Source: Octopus vulgaris (Eukaryota). From it: DNA of 64,000 bases. Of this stretch, positions 38,245 through 50,650 are shown in pieces. Numbering within the stretch: position 1 is the first letter of the stretch; every line of letters starts with the position of its first letter. A program made the translations under genes and the position numbers. The notes beneath the pieces are model-generated. The model did no database searches and had not been told where the DNA came from. It worked only from the letters and a program-made list of their open reading frames with translations. The DNA is taken from NCBI GenBank assembly GCA_951406725.2, contig OX597815.1, positions 74,462,001-74,526,000 on the forward strand. The letters run 5' to 3'.

Positions 38245-38925
38245 TATGAGGTGTGTACAAAAAGTATCCAACTATTTTTTTCCTGCCAAAACTAATGCCA
38301 TGTGGGCAAAATCCTTTGGGTAGGAGGTGCTGCCACCCTTCCTGCACATTGGTGAAATTTCTTGAGCCAGTAGGCCATGTCAGTTCCTGGTTGTTACACC
38401 TAGAGAACAGGTGTGTAATGTGCACTTGGCAGATTTTTGTTTGCATGCAAAATGACTGAATGCATTGAACAGTCTATAAACCCATGTCTTATCTTCAGTG
38501 ATGATGGTCTTCATGAAGTCTGGGCTGTGGTTTGCTCAGTCCAGCATGTCCTGAGTGATTTCTATGCGAGGTTGCTTCTGCTGCTCTACTAGCATCTCGA
38601 AGAGAAATTTCGCCAACACTCACCGCATGCACAAATCCCCTGTTAAAATGGAATGCACTGATCCTGTGCTTATTTCCACTTTGTGAGCAATTTCTTGGAT
38701 TGTTACAAAATGGCTTTCAATGACTATTTGCTGAACTTTCTCAATAGGTACCTCATCTTAGTTTGTGGCCTGCCAGCCTGAGCATGTCTTGCTCTACACT
38801 GAGGTGTGGCCATGTTTGAAGTGGTTGTACTACTCCTTGATCTGAGTTTTGCCCATGACATCATCACCAAAGACCTGCTGAATAATCTGGGTGGTTTGAG
38901 CTTGAGTATCACCAAACTTTTGGCG
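38245..38925. mobile_element. Rearranged mariner relic (5' end on +, transposase N-half on -)
   Basis: TATGAGGTGTGTACAAAAAGTATCC TIR-like end and ATG ACT GAA TGC ATT GAA CAG on +. QKFGDTQ..., VTIQEIAHKVEISTGSVHSIL and FMKTIITEDKTWVY on -. Confidence 0.8.
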
Positions 38926-39251
38926 TGTTCAGTGAAAACATTTGCTGACAGGTGCTTCTTATAGGACCTTCTGCAGGGTGTACTGTATGATTCCGCCCCA
39001 TGACCCACACAGCAAGAAAGGGCTATGAAGATGGATGGATGGATGAATAGTGGAGGTGGAAAGGCCATTGTCTTCTAAGAACTATACTTTCTCCATACTG
39101 TCTTTCATAGGATCACTTCTTGGAACTTACTACTTGGCCATATCTTTCCGATAAAACATTAACTTAAACCAATTTACTTAAGAACATATTAGTATTATTC
39201 AGCCATTCAAGTGAAAACTAATATGTTCTTATTTCAATATTACTGTATATA

Positions 39252-39678
39252 AGCTGGCAAGCTGGCAGAAACGTTAGCACACTGGGCGAAATGCTTAGTG
39301 GTATTTTATCTGTCTTTATGTTCTGGCTTTGCCTTTTATCCTTTCGGAGTCAATAAATTGAGTACCAGTTGCATACTAGGGTCAATCTAATCGACTGCCC
39401 CACCCCGCTAAAATTTTGGGCTTTGTGCCTAGAGTAGAAAAGAACATTACTGTATATATCATAGTGGTGAGTTGGCAGAATTGTTAGCATGCTGGGCAAA
39501 ATGCTTAGCAGCATTTCATCCATCCTTATATTCTGAGTTCAAATTCCATTAAGGTTGAACTTTGCCTTTCATCCTTTTGGGGTCAATAAATTAAGTACCA
39601 GTTGAGTGCTGGAGTCAATATAATAGACTTACCTCCTTCCCTGAACTTGCTGGCCTTGTGCCAAAATTTGAAACCTAT
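39252..39678 (+). mobile_element. Two tandem family-B SINEs (MetaSINE-like central domain)
   Basis: Head GCTGGCAGAAACGTTAGCAC..GGGCGAAATGCTTAG, core CTTTGCCTTTCATCCTTT.GGGGTC.ATAAATTAAGTACCAG; bounded and separated by ATTACTGTATATA. Confidence 0.85.
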
Positions 39679-40624
39679 ATTACTGTATATATCTTAATTA
39701 ACTACCTGCTTCACTAGTCTATTCTGTCATTAATAGGGCGAACGTGGCCAAACAATAAATAGAAAAATGATGAGTATTTCACACGAAACGGAATATCATA
39801 CTGTTGATATCAGCAAAAGTATATTCTCCTCCTCTACATCACTGACCTGCTAATGTCTACTGAACAGAACGCCTCATTAACAAAGAATTTAATTAATCTG
39901 AATCAGACCTAACTAGTTTTGATATTTACAAGAAGAAAATATTCTGGACTGCTTGAATGTATAAAAATAAACAAATAAAAATAAACAAATTACGCCAGAA
40001 AAACAAAATGTGAAAATAATTCCCGCCAGAAAAAAAAACAGCCCAATTGTAATAAAATTAAATAAACCAAAAACATAAAGCATGAACCATGATTAATATA
40101 AAAAAGTTTGATGATTTTAATTTTTCTGGAAAAAGAAAAATCTTTTGAAATACAAAACTATTAAATCCTTTGCCCATAAGATTTGAAAGTATTTCTCTTC
40201 ATAATTAACTCACCTGGAATATATTCAAAAATGTCTGAAAAGGTAAATTTGCTGTAGTGAATGAAATGTATTGTAGCATATATCTGCAGGTGATTATAAT
40301 TAGTGGGGTAACGAGTTTGTAATTATTTTTTTCTTATTTATTCTTTTATCCTTTTCAATCTAGCATACATTCTAGCATTTCATTGCCTTGACAACCTACA
40401 TTGTCTTCTTAAAGATATTATCGAGATATCTAATAATATAAACTTGACATTCATTTAGAAATCTGGGAACTGTTTAAAAAACAACATGAATAATAATTTG
40501 TAAAGCTGAGTTGGAAGATTACCAAAAAATAACTCGCATGCCACAAACTTATAATAATTATGATGATGATGACTAAAAAAAATTGCTCTAAAAAAAAGAG
40601 AAAAAGAAATCTTTCATGATCATA

Positions 40625-41100
40625 ATGATGACCATGATCATCATTGTTTTAATGTCTACTTCCCATACTCGTACAATTCAGATGGAATTTGTTGAGGTAG
40701 ATTTCCTACAGCTGGATGCACTTCCTGATGCTAACCCTCAACTGTATCCAAGTAAAGTAATATGACCAGACATGTTTTTACAAAAGATTGGAAATAAGGG
40801 AGACCTCTTGCATGATGGTGGCACTTGTTTACAACTATCATACAAAGTCATGGCAGGGAGATAGTAACAAACATATATATATATATACATACATACATGC
40901 ACGTATATATGTATATACATATGCATGCACACACACACACACACAACAGGCTTTTTTCTCTGTCTATCAAATTCTCTCATAAGACTTTGGTTAGCCTGGG
41001 CCTATAAAAGAAGACACTTGCCCACAGTGCTATGCAGTGGGACTGAACTTGAAACCATGCAGCTGGAAAGCAAACTTCTTAACCACATAACCACACCTGT
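40625..41100 (-). mobile_element. SINE family A, tail type 1
   Basis: Full minus copy with central (TA)/(CA) microsatellite. Confidence 0.85.
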
Positions 41101-42583
41101 CTTCAATAAATCTAATTTGGCAGTAGAATCTTGGCTCTGGCCTCTTGGTAACTGTTACAAAAAAACATAAACACATGAAGCCACTCACACTTCATATGCT
41201 TTCTAAAGCTATATCATCATGATTAATTTTCCCCCCTTTCATAGCCAGCTGATCCAACTTAGAATTTGTAAAGGATAAAAAAGCATCCTGAAGTCAGCAT
41301 GTTCCAACATGAAAAAGAGGAAGAAATGCCAAATGAAAGTAATATAAATAAAATTCTAGAGATAGTTTGCAATATAATTTACACTTGCTGTAATGACATA
41401 CTAAACTTTTGTTGACTCATGCATTGGGACATTGTAAAGGTAATTGAATCTACTTGTTTTGCACCTAAGTTGAGCAAGATACAATGTTGTTCTCTCCACC
41501 AGGTCACCACTAAGTCTGAGCTAGAAATATAAACTCTTCACATGAAACATTTCGCAATTAATAGTCATTTCTCAGGCTTCTCTCTCTCTCTTATATTCAC
41601 CTTGTCCTTTGACCTCTCATCTTTTACTCTTCCTCTCTCTCTTTCCAGATCGGGAAGCTATGTAGTCATCTCTTCAGCATGACACCTACCTGCTCTTGTC
41701 CCTCTATCATACTTTCACATCCTTCAATACTAATACTATACCCCACTAAGATCAGGGGACTTGTCTTCTGAGTACTTAGTGACAACACCTCTGCAGGTGC
41801 CACAAAAAAAAAAAACAAATTGCACCCTGTACACTATGTAAAGTGGTTGATATTTCACAGGGTATTCAGCTGAAGAAGCCATACCAAGGCAGATATTAGA
41901 GCTCAGCACAACCCTATGATTCATTGGTCCCTGTTGAACTATGGCAACATCAAAAAAGGGACATTAAATGATGATATGTATGTGTGTGTGAGTGCATGCA
42001 TGTGCGAGAGAGAGTGTACATATGTGTATGTATATATACATATACATACGTATATATGTGTATGTTTGCATGTGTATTTTTCTCTGTTCTGCTGTATTTA
42101 AACCAATTAAGGTTTCCTGATTGAAGTAACACATAATACTCCTTATGATTTAGGTAAACAGGACTTTTTAACTTATTTGAACTAATTATGTATTGCAATT
42201 AAGTAAGTATGGAATTAATGTTTATCCTAATGAAAACAGTTGGTGAGCGTGATCAAAGTATGAACTATAAATTTATGCTTTTCTGATTTTCGCCTATGTA
42301 TGTACAGCATAATGCAAGAGCTGAGAAATATATTAAATACACATTTTACATAGTAAAAAACATTATCATGTTTACTTGACAAGAGCATTTGTTGTCAATA
42401 GCTATTTCAAATATCTACCCATCAGTAGGACTAACCTTTTGTCTATTGATTAAAGGTCAAAAGAACATATACTATCCCTGGTAAAGTTCTCCATGGCTCC
42501 ACCCTATCTATTTATTATTGAATGAGTTGCATATTGTCATTAACAGATAAACTATGAGAGACAAATTGGCAGAGTCATTTGAG

Positions 42584-43994
42584 CAGTGTTCCTCAACCGG
42601 GGTTCCGCGAGAAAGAGTAAGATAAGATAATGCTAATTTCATGATTGTAATATTACTATATATGCACAATAAATTATTAGTTATTGTAATATTGTAATAT
42701 AGACATTATCTTATCTAACCTATATGTTATCAAAAAATATATAACAACCACTGAGGATATATTTAGTGATACCTGTAATTTATGGAAACCCTGTGTGTAT
42801 ATATATATATATATATCAAGAAGTGAAGCAAATATGATCCGCTGGATGTGTAATGTCAGTGTGTATAGACGACAGTGTAAGCACCCTGAGAGAAAAGTTG
42901 GACATAAGAGACATCAAATGTGGTGTGCAAGAGAAATGACTGTGCTGGTATGGTCAAGTGTTATGTAAGGATGAAGACAGCTGTGTGAGGAGGTGCCACT
43001 CCCTGACTGTGGAAGGAACTTGTGGAAGAGGTAGACCCAGGAAGACATGGGATGAGAAGGTGAAGCATGACCTTCGAACATTGGGCCTCACGGAGGCAAT
43101 GACAAGAGACCAAGACTTTTGGAAATATGTTGCGGTTGAGAAGACCCGGCAACTAAAGTGAGATTGCAGCCATGGCCAATGCCAGTGTTGCACGCCCGGC
43201 CCATTTAAGAGTACCCTTGATGTGATATGATATGCTTGAGAAGACCTGTCGAGTCAAGTAAAACCAAAATCGCAGTTGTGGCCATTGCCCCCTGACTGGC
43301 CTTCGTTCTAGTGGCATGTAAAAGGCATCATCTGAATGTGATCAATGCCAGTGTCCTCTGACTGTCTCTTGTGCCGATGGCATGAAAAAGCACTACCTGA
43401 ATGTGGCCAATGCCAGTACCCCCTGCCTGGCTCCTGTGCTGGTGGCACGTAAAAAGTACTATCTGAACGTGATTGATGCCAGACCCACCTGACTGGCTTC
43501 TGTCTTATATATATACATATATATATATACACACATACATATAGAGCAACAACTTTAGCCATCTTTTAGGGCTAAGGACTTCTAAAGCTGAGAAGCTGAA
43601 AATCTCAGGAGCTATAGGTATAGGTAAATCCATCTCCTACTATTAATTAATACTACTACCTTAACTGCCACTGTGAAGTTCCTGAAGTAAATCCAATGAG
43701 AGTATACCACAACTATGGATGACAACAGGTAGACTAAACTGTGTCAGTGCTCTACTCAACATTTAAGCACACTAATCTAATACATATTTGTCTAAATTTT
43801 CTATTATTATTATTATTATTATTATTACTATTATATATATATGTATATATATATGTGATATTTACCATGTGAACTATGAGGAAAAAAATATGAGAAAGAT
43901 ATGGTATACAATTTGGGGGAGGGGGAAGGGGTTCCTTGAGACATGTAATATATTTTAAGGGTTATACAAGAGTAAAAAAGGTTGAGAAATACTG
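42584..43994. mobile_element. hAT (Charlie-like) non-autonomous element with nested RTE fragment
   Basis: TIRs CAGTGTTCCTCAACC / GGTTGAGAAATACTG (13/15 match), subterminal GGGGTTCC, degenerate 8-bp TSD CATTTGAG / CATTAAAG; splits a family-B SINE. Confidence 0.75.
42820..43500 (+). mobile_element. RTE LINE 3' fragment nested in a hAT-type element
   Basis: Encodes VEGTCGRGRPRKTWDEKVKHDLRTLGL, homologous to 14300-14470; followed by about 62-bp 3'-UTR tandem units. Confidence 0.88.
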
Positions 43995-45855
43995 CATTAA
44001 AGCATTGGATAGAATGCCTCACATTATTTTTGATATCCAGTGCTTTGAGTTCAAATCCCAATGAAGTCAACTTTGCCTTTCATCTTTTCATTATCATCAT
44101 CATGTAACATCCACTTTTTCATGCTTGCATGGGTTGGATGGAATTTGTTGAAGCAGATTTTCTATAACCAGGTGCCCTCCTTGCTGTCAAACCTCACCTA
44201 TTTCTAAGCAAAGTAATTCAACAGGGCTCATTATTCACAATTTTAATAGAGTAACTGAGTCCCTTAATTTATAGTGTTAGTGACTTTGAGGAAGTCAAGG
44301 ACGACACCATATGAATCTGATTCTTTTACCCATCCACCTTTGTTAAATATTTAACCTTCTACCTAAGTAAGAAAATATTTTTTCCTATCACTGTTGCAGA
44401 AGAGTTTAATTTTCAAATGATTTCTAGAAAATAGAAAAAGTAGAGAAGAAAAGCATAAATAAATGATTTGGAACATTGGATTTGGAAGGAAAGAAATCTG
44501 ATTTTCTATCTGATCACAGAACCTCTTGAGAGATGGATAATTTATGATTTTTTTCAACTAGATATAAATCTTCTTTATGGCTGTACACTTAAGACTTTGC
44601 TTTGCAGCAATATAGTTCCTGAGTTCAATCTGACTGTATAGCACTTGAGCAATTGTCTTTTGCCATAGTCTTGTGTTGACCAATGTTTTGTAAATTGCAA
44701 TATGGTAAATGGAAACTATGTGAATGTCTGTTGGTAGTGGCCATGGACAAGGCACCATTATAAGCTCCTAGGCAAATCAATACACTGAGCCCGATGGTAT
44801 TTATTTTAAGACAAGTTACAGCATACATAGATCAGAATTAGTCCCCCAGACCCTTGAAACCCGAGGCAAATCACTGCACTGGGTCCTATAGTATCTATTT
44901 ATTGACAACAAGCCACAGCGTACATAGATCAGAATTGGGCCCCTAGACCTGTAAAGTCCCTAGGCAACAATCCAGTGTGCCCATGCAGTACTGGCCAGGG
45001 ACATAATACAATACCAGTGATAGGATAAATTGCTAAACTCTTAGCTAGTTGTCCAGTACCTTGTTCAATGACCTTGTGCTCTGGGTTATTCAACCAAAAT
45101 AATCAGATACAGGTTTGTTATTATTTATCATATTTTGCCAGTACTGCTGTTCAAGGCCAACCATTTTCAGTTAACAGGGTTAACAAACTAATTTCAATCC
45201 TTCACTGAAAGCTTATTAGTGAGATGAAAATACAAAATAACTTAGTATAGCTACTCTGTTAATCTGTTCACTACTAAGGTGAACAAAAAAGTAAACAACA
45301 AAAAACAAAACAAACATCTTTCATCTAGCAGTGTGGCAGTTATATTTTTATGGTATATATATGATGTAATCTAAGTATAACTTAACTAAAAGCCTAATAA
45401 AATGAGAATGAACGTAGTTGTTTTTTGTGCTTTATTTTTCAATCTTGTTCTTGCATATAAACATACTCGAATGTAAAAAAAATACATCAAAATAATTGCA
45501 GCATATCACTTAGTCCACTAAGTACAAATTAATCCAAGCTTAAAAGATTTATTATGATAAGATACCAGCTGAATTAATCTAGGCTGTTACTTCATGAAGT
45601 AGAAAATAAATACATACAAAAATAGTAAAGAAGGGAAAAGAAAACTTTTTGCTGAAAGAAAATGATGCTAGTTTAAAATTTTTTCTGTCTAAAGTATTAT
45701 CACTAAACATTCCAAGTAGAAACATTTAATGAAACAATTATGTTGATAAATATGTGTGATGTATGTGCATGTGTGCACAAATTTAAGAAAAAAATAAGAG
45801 TGTTGTAGTTTGCTTGAAGCATTGTAATATTGAAGAATGTAAAAAAAGAGAAAAT

Positions 45856-46053
45856 AGACAGCTTCTAACAATGCAGAAAGTTTAATAAAATCTTTGTATT
45901 GTGTGCTCAAAGTCCCATCTTCAGAAGAAAAGAAAAGTTCAGTTATGTAGGTCCAGTTAATCCATTCAAACTCTCTAGTGTTTATGAAAGATGGGCCTTG
46001 GAGCCCAAAATATAAAAATTTTATTAAACTTTCTGCATTGTTGGAAGCTGTCT
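45856..46053. repeat. Long fold-back inverted repeat
   Basis: 66-nt arms (45856-45921 and 45988-46053), 59/66 complementary, 66-nt spacer. Confidence 0.95.
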
Positions 46054-46337
46054 TTTTACAGTCTTAGAAAGAAAAAAAACTTATTTGTAGAATAGTCAGC
46101 ATATTTGTAATGTTTATAGAAGAGGTGAGTTCAAGTCTCACAGGCAGTTTTCAAGATTTTTCCATCCAAATATTTTACATGGTACTATTTATATTTTTAT
46201 TCACTTTGGAATAAAAAGCAATACATTTTTCCAAAAGTATTTATCTAATTTTCTCATGTGATATGAACAATACTATGTCACAAATATCTGCTGGAATTTC
46301 TGGAACAAGGAGAATATAGATAAATATGCATCTACTG

Positions 46338-46373
<36 letters not shown>

Positions 46374-48501
46374 GTTATATAAGGAAGGGCAGAAACTTAA
46401 TATCTGCATTGCATGAAATAGCTTGACTAATGAATGAAGGAAGAAGCTCTATGGTTTTTGAAGAAGAATAAATTGAATATAGTTCGACAAAGAATGTTAA
46501 CTTACAACAAAAACTGGACACAAACTTGGGCATTAAAAACATTAAGTAGCATGGTCATATAATATGAATGAATGACGAGATACGAAAAAAAAGAGCAGAT
46601 AGCTGATGGAAGATACTTATAACAAGTATAGAGAAGGCAAAAGTCATGGGACTTGAAAATGCTGGTGTCACAAAGAATAAACAAAATTCAAATCTATGTC
46701 AAATTTTTGTTATCTAAATGAGACTTTTGGGCTTATAAATTAATGCCACTTTGTGATATTTTTCATGGTAAATCCTTCAAAACTAAATCCTTCAAGCTGC
46801 ATAAGGAAAGAATGCTGTTGCAAGGGCTAATGAAGTTAATTTTTTTTAAAGATGTGTCTATGACAGCTGTATGACACTCATGATGATGACAATCTATTAT
46901 ATTAATGTACTAATGACGAATTCCTGTGATGTAAAAAATCTGTCATGTGGAAGGAGAATGGTAAAAGTGTATGTGTGCATGATAGAGGGAGATTCAAATG
47001 CACACCATTGGCACAAGCACACAAACAGATGATAATCAGCTGTATGTGTGAGTGGGAGGTATGCATGCCATCAGCATTCAGATGGGTGAATTGTGTGTGT
47101 GTGGGGGGTTTATCATATGATGAACAATGAAGCTAAAGAGGGAAAAAAATGAGAAATGCTAATCAAGAAAGAAGGCAAAATATGAACAATGAACGATAGA
47201 CAAGAATACTTTGCACAAGCCTGAACAAGAAAACAAGCAAGAAGAGAAAGTATAACTGAAGAGAAAAGACAAGATTTCCTAGAAATTAATCAAAGGATTA
47301 TGAAAGAAATGACAGGATATTATTTGAGTGGGGAGGTGCTTATGGCTGATTCTATACCATGAAATGGGCTGTGGAAGTTCTACAGATACTGTTAGTTATG
47401 ATAATAGTAACAACCAATTATAACAACCTCATTTCAAATCATCTTAGGCTTCTGTTTTGGTAATCATTTATGTTGTCAGTTGATGTGTAGCTGCTATATT
47501 ATCTCAAAACAATCTTCCAGTATTTAACTTCATACAAAATTATATAAGATGCATACACACACACATAAATACAACTCGGTCGATTTTATAGAAAAAGGTT
47601 TAAAGGCCAGATTTCATGGATCTCTTAATCCATGATTCATGAGTTTATTAATTACAGTAGATATTTTGTTTAGTCTACTGGCAAAGACAATTTTATGTTT
47701 CACTTTATTTAAACTAAAAGAAATGGGAACCACATCACCAAAGGGAAGTTGCAGGTAATAAGATCCAATCAAATGGAGTTTAATACTACAAATTCCACAG
47801 CCTAAAGTCCTTTGTGATTTAGTGCGCTTTGCAACCACAGGGTCTCGAGTTCAATCCCACTCTCTAACATCTTGGGCAAATGTCATTTTCCAAAGCCTTG
47901 AATCAGCTTATATTTTGTGAATGAAATTTGGCAGATGAAATTTATATATATAAGCCTATCAGTTAGGCTGTACCTGTAATTGAAAAGGTACAGCCTTGTC
48001 ACACACTGAGTCATACTGGTTCTACTTGAGAATTACAGTAAGGGAACATATATCTGTAGAAAGCTCAGTTGCTTACACTTTAATTTAGGAGCAGGTAATT
48101 CAACTGAATTCTCATCATTGAACAGAAGTCCACAACCACAAATGTGTTTCAAAATTAAGTCTTGTACATAACATTTTGTAAATGCAATTCATACACAGTT
48201 TTCCCTCAGTGAAGTAAATAGACTAATATATCACAATTATTTTAGCACAAATACTACAACTACTGATCCTACTATTATTACCAGGTTTATTTTTATTCTT
48301 GATTTTCTTTCAAAAAGGCTGATTTTATCAAAAGAGATCTTATGTGAATGAATAGTGAATAACTTGTTACATTAAGGTAAATAAATTAAGATTATATAAA
48401 TAAAAGGACATAACTACATAGCCTTATCTATGGCCCATTTAACTTCATTAACTGAACTATGAACAGGTAATACTTGAATTGCTTATCTAGTACATCTTTA
48501 A

Positions 48502-48723
48502 CCCTTTTGATACCAACCTGATTGAAATCGTCTCTAGCTCTGTATCACAAATGTCTTATTTCCAAAAGTTCTGAATTAAAATCTTCCACAAAACCTTAGT
48601 CACAATTTATGTTTCTAACACTAGCTGAATGATAACTAAGTTATTTTACTAGATTCTTTGTTATATTTAAAATTAATTGAAAGAAACACAGAACATCTCA
48701 ACAGAAATATGGTAACAAAATGG
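48502..48723. mobile_element. piggyBac-type MITE, family 2
   Basis: TTAA|CCCTTTTGATACC ... GGTAACAAAATGG|TTAA. Confidence 0.75.
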
Positions 48724-50128
48724 TTAAACTATATCTAGTCTGATTATCATAGTAGTACAGTATATTTTTATCTCTTTCATTCCTATTTATACCTCATACT
48801 GCTGTGTCCTGGTACTTAATCGCACAGTCTAAGTGAACTATTTGCGACAACAGTTACTCTGAAATAGTTTAACTGTTACAGAGAATGTCTTGTATTTTGT
48901 ATTGTAGTGATGCAACACATGTGTTTGCAGAATATTGGAAATGAATCACATTCATTTACAACAATCACATGATATCAAGATAAGGACATGGACACACACA
49001 CACACAATGGGTTTCTTTCAGTTTCTGTTTACCAAATCCATTCATAAGGCTCTGGTTAGTCTAGGGCTATAGTGGAAGATATTTGTCTAAGGTGATGTAC
49101 AGTGAGACTAAACCCAAAACTACTCCTTAACCACACAACCAAACTCAGAGTAGTGACAGGTCATGTAACATTATCCTTAAGCTCTACTTAGGCTACACAT
49201 GTAGAATTAACATGATGCAGGTTCATTGGTTCAATGAAAGGAAAGGTGTCATGACAAAGAATATAGATAAAATAGATGATGATGATGAAAACCTACACTG
49301 CATGAACTGAAATGGAAGACATCTGTAGGTGTTAGTCAGAGCATGGTATATGATTTTGAACAGGAAGTATCATGGGAAAATACTAAAATAGGATGAGCCA
49401 ATGAAGGAGCTTCTATTTTGTTGCTCAAACTATTAGAAATCTCTTACAAATCACTTCCTGATCACCTTAAAAAAGAATGAGAACATAAGATGATGCAATT
49501 CTACATATATCATGTTTCACCCTTTCCTGACACTTTTGATTAGAGGTGTGCTCAATTAGGGCTGGTCTGGGGCTGAACAACAACTAAAACATTAAGGAAG
49601 CTACAAGAGGGAGGGGAAACAATTGGGTTCTCAAGCCATAAAGTGATGGGCCGGCCCATAAGAAACCATAGCAAAATTACTATAAAACTAAATTAGTTTA
49701 GATAAGATAGAGATTAAATTTATATTAAGATATGTGCCACAACAAAAAAATAAAATCCCAGCTAAATTTTATCTGACTCAACCAATGTTGACATCACATT
49801 TTATTTCCCAGTGTTAATAAACTAAATTATTGAAATAATACATGTGTTAAAATTTATATATTTGGTATGTTTAATTTAATGTTTGATTAGATTTGTTTAC
49901 AAGATTCATTCATCAATTAAATCAATCATTACCTTCTCCTTATCTCTCTCCATAACATTCACCAGATACCTGATGTCCCTCAATTTTCATAATAGTTTTC
50001 CATTCTTGCATACTTGTAGTTATTGATGTCTACAGTTGGTTGGTGACCTGTTGTGTAGCTGCCTCAATTTTATTGGTTGCAGTTGGATCTTGGTTAAATT
50101 CCACTAATTCAACAGGAATGGCCATTAA

Positions 50129-50341
50129 CCCTTTAGCATTCTGACAAATGTAATGCCTATTTATTCTCATTGTTTTGAATTAATCAAGCATTATATTGTT
50201 GCTTTGAGATTTTGCTGAGATAACTGCTAATTTTTTTTAGAATGAAATTGTAGGGTAGGTGTGAGAAACCAGATCTGGCCATTTTAAACAAAAACAGGTA
50301 GAATATTTTGGCTGGATATGGCTGGTTTAAATACTAAAGAG
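50129..50341. mobile_element. piggyBac-type MITE, family 1
   Basis: TTAA|CCCTTTAGCATT ... AATACTAAAGAG|TTAA. Confidence 0.75.
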
Positions 50342-50650
50342 TTAAAATTTTTGGCTAAGGAATCATTTGAGCAGTTTGGGCATAACTGTTTTTACTAGCC
50401 AACAGAATATTGGCAAAAACTGTCTTTGATTCACTGTTTTTTATTCAGTTTATTTGAAGCAGCCTTTATTTCCAAGGTATTCCCATATGCCACCCAGGAG
50501 ATGCACGTCTTCAATGATCTGATAACAGATTAGGGCCTACTAAACAACCATAACAACATAATGAAAATAAAAGCAAAGAAATTATGTGAGGAGATGTGGA
50601 GATATATTAACCTAAAGATCGCAGCTGTGAAGTGGATAATTATGTATATA

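Noticed and set aside
49933-50124. Exon-like minus-strand segment ending in GAAG|GTAATG
   Set aside because: The best frame contains two stops, has no similarity to TOM1, and is interrupted by a MITE.
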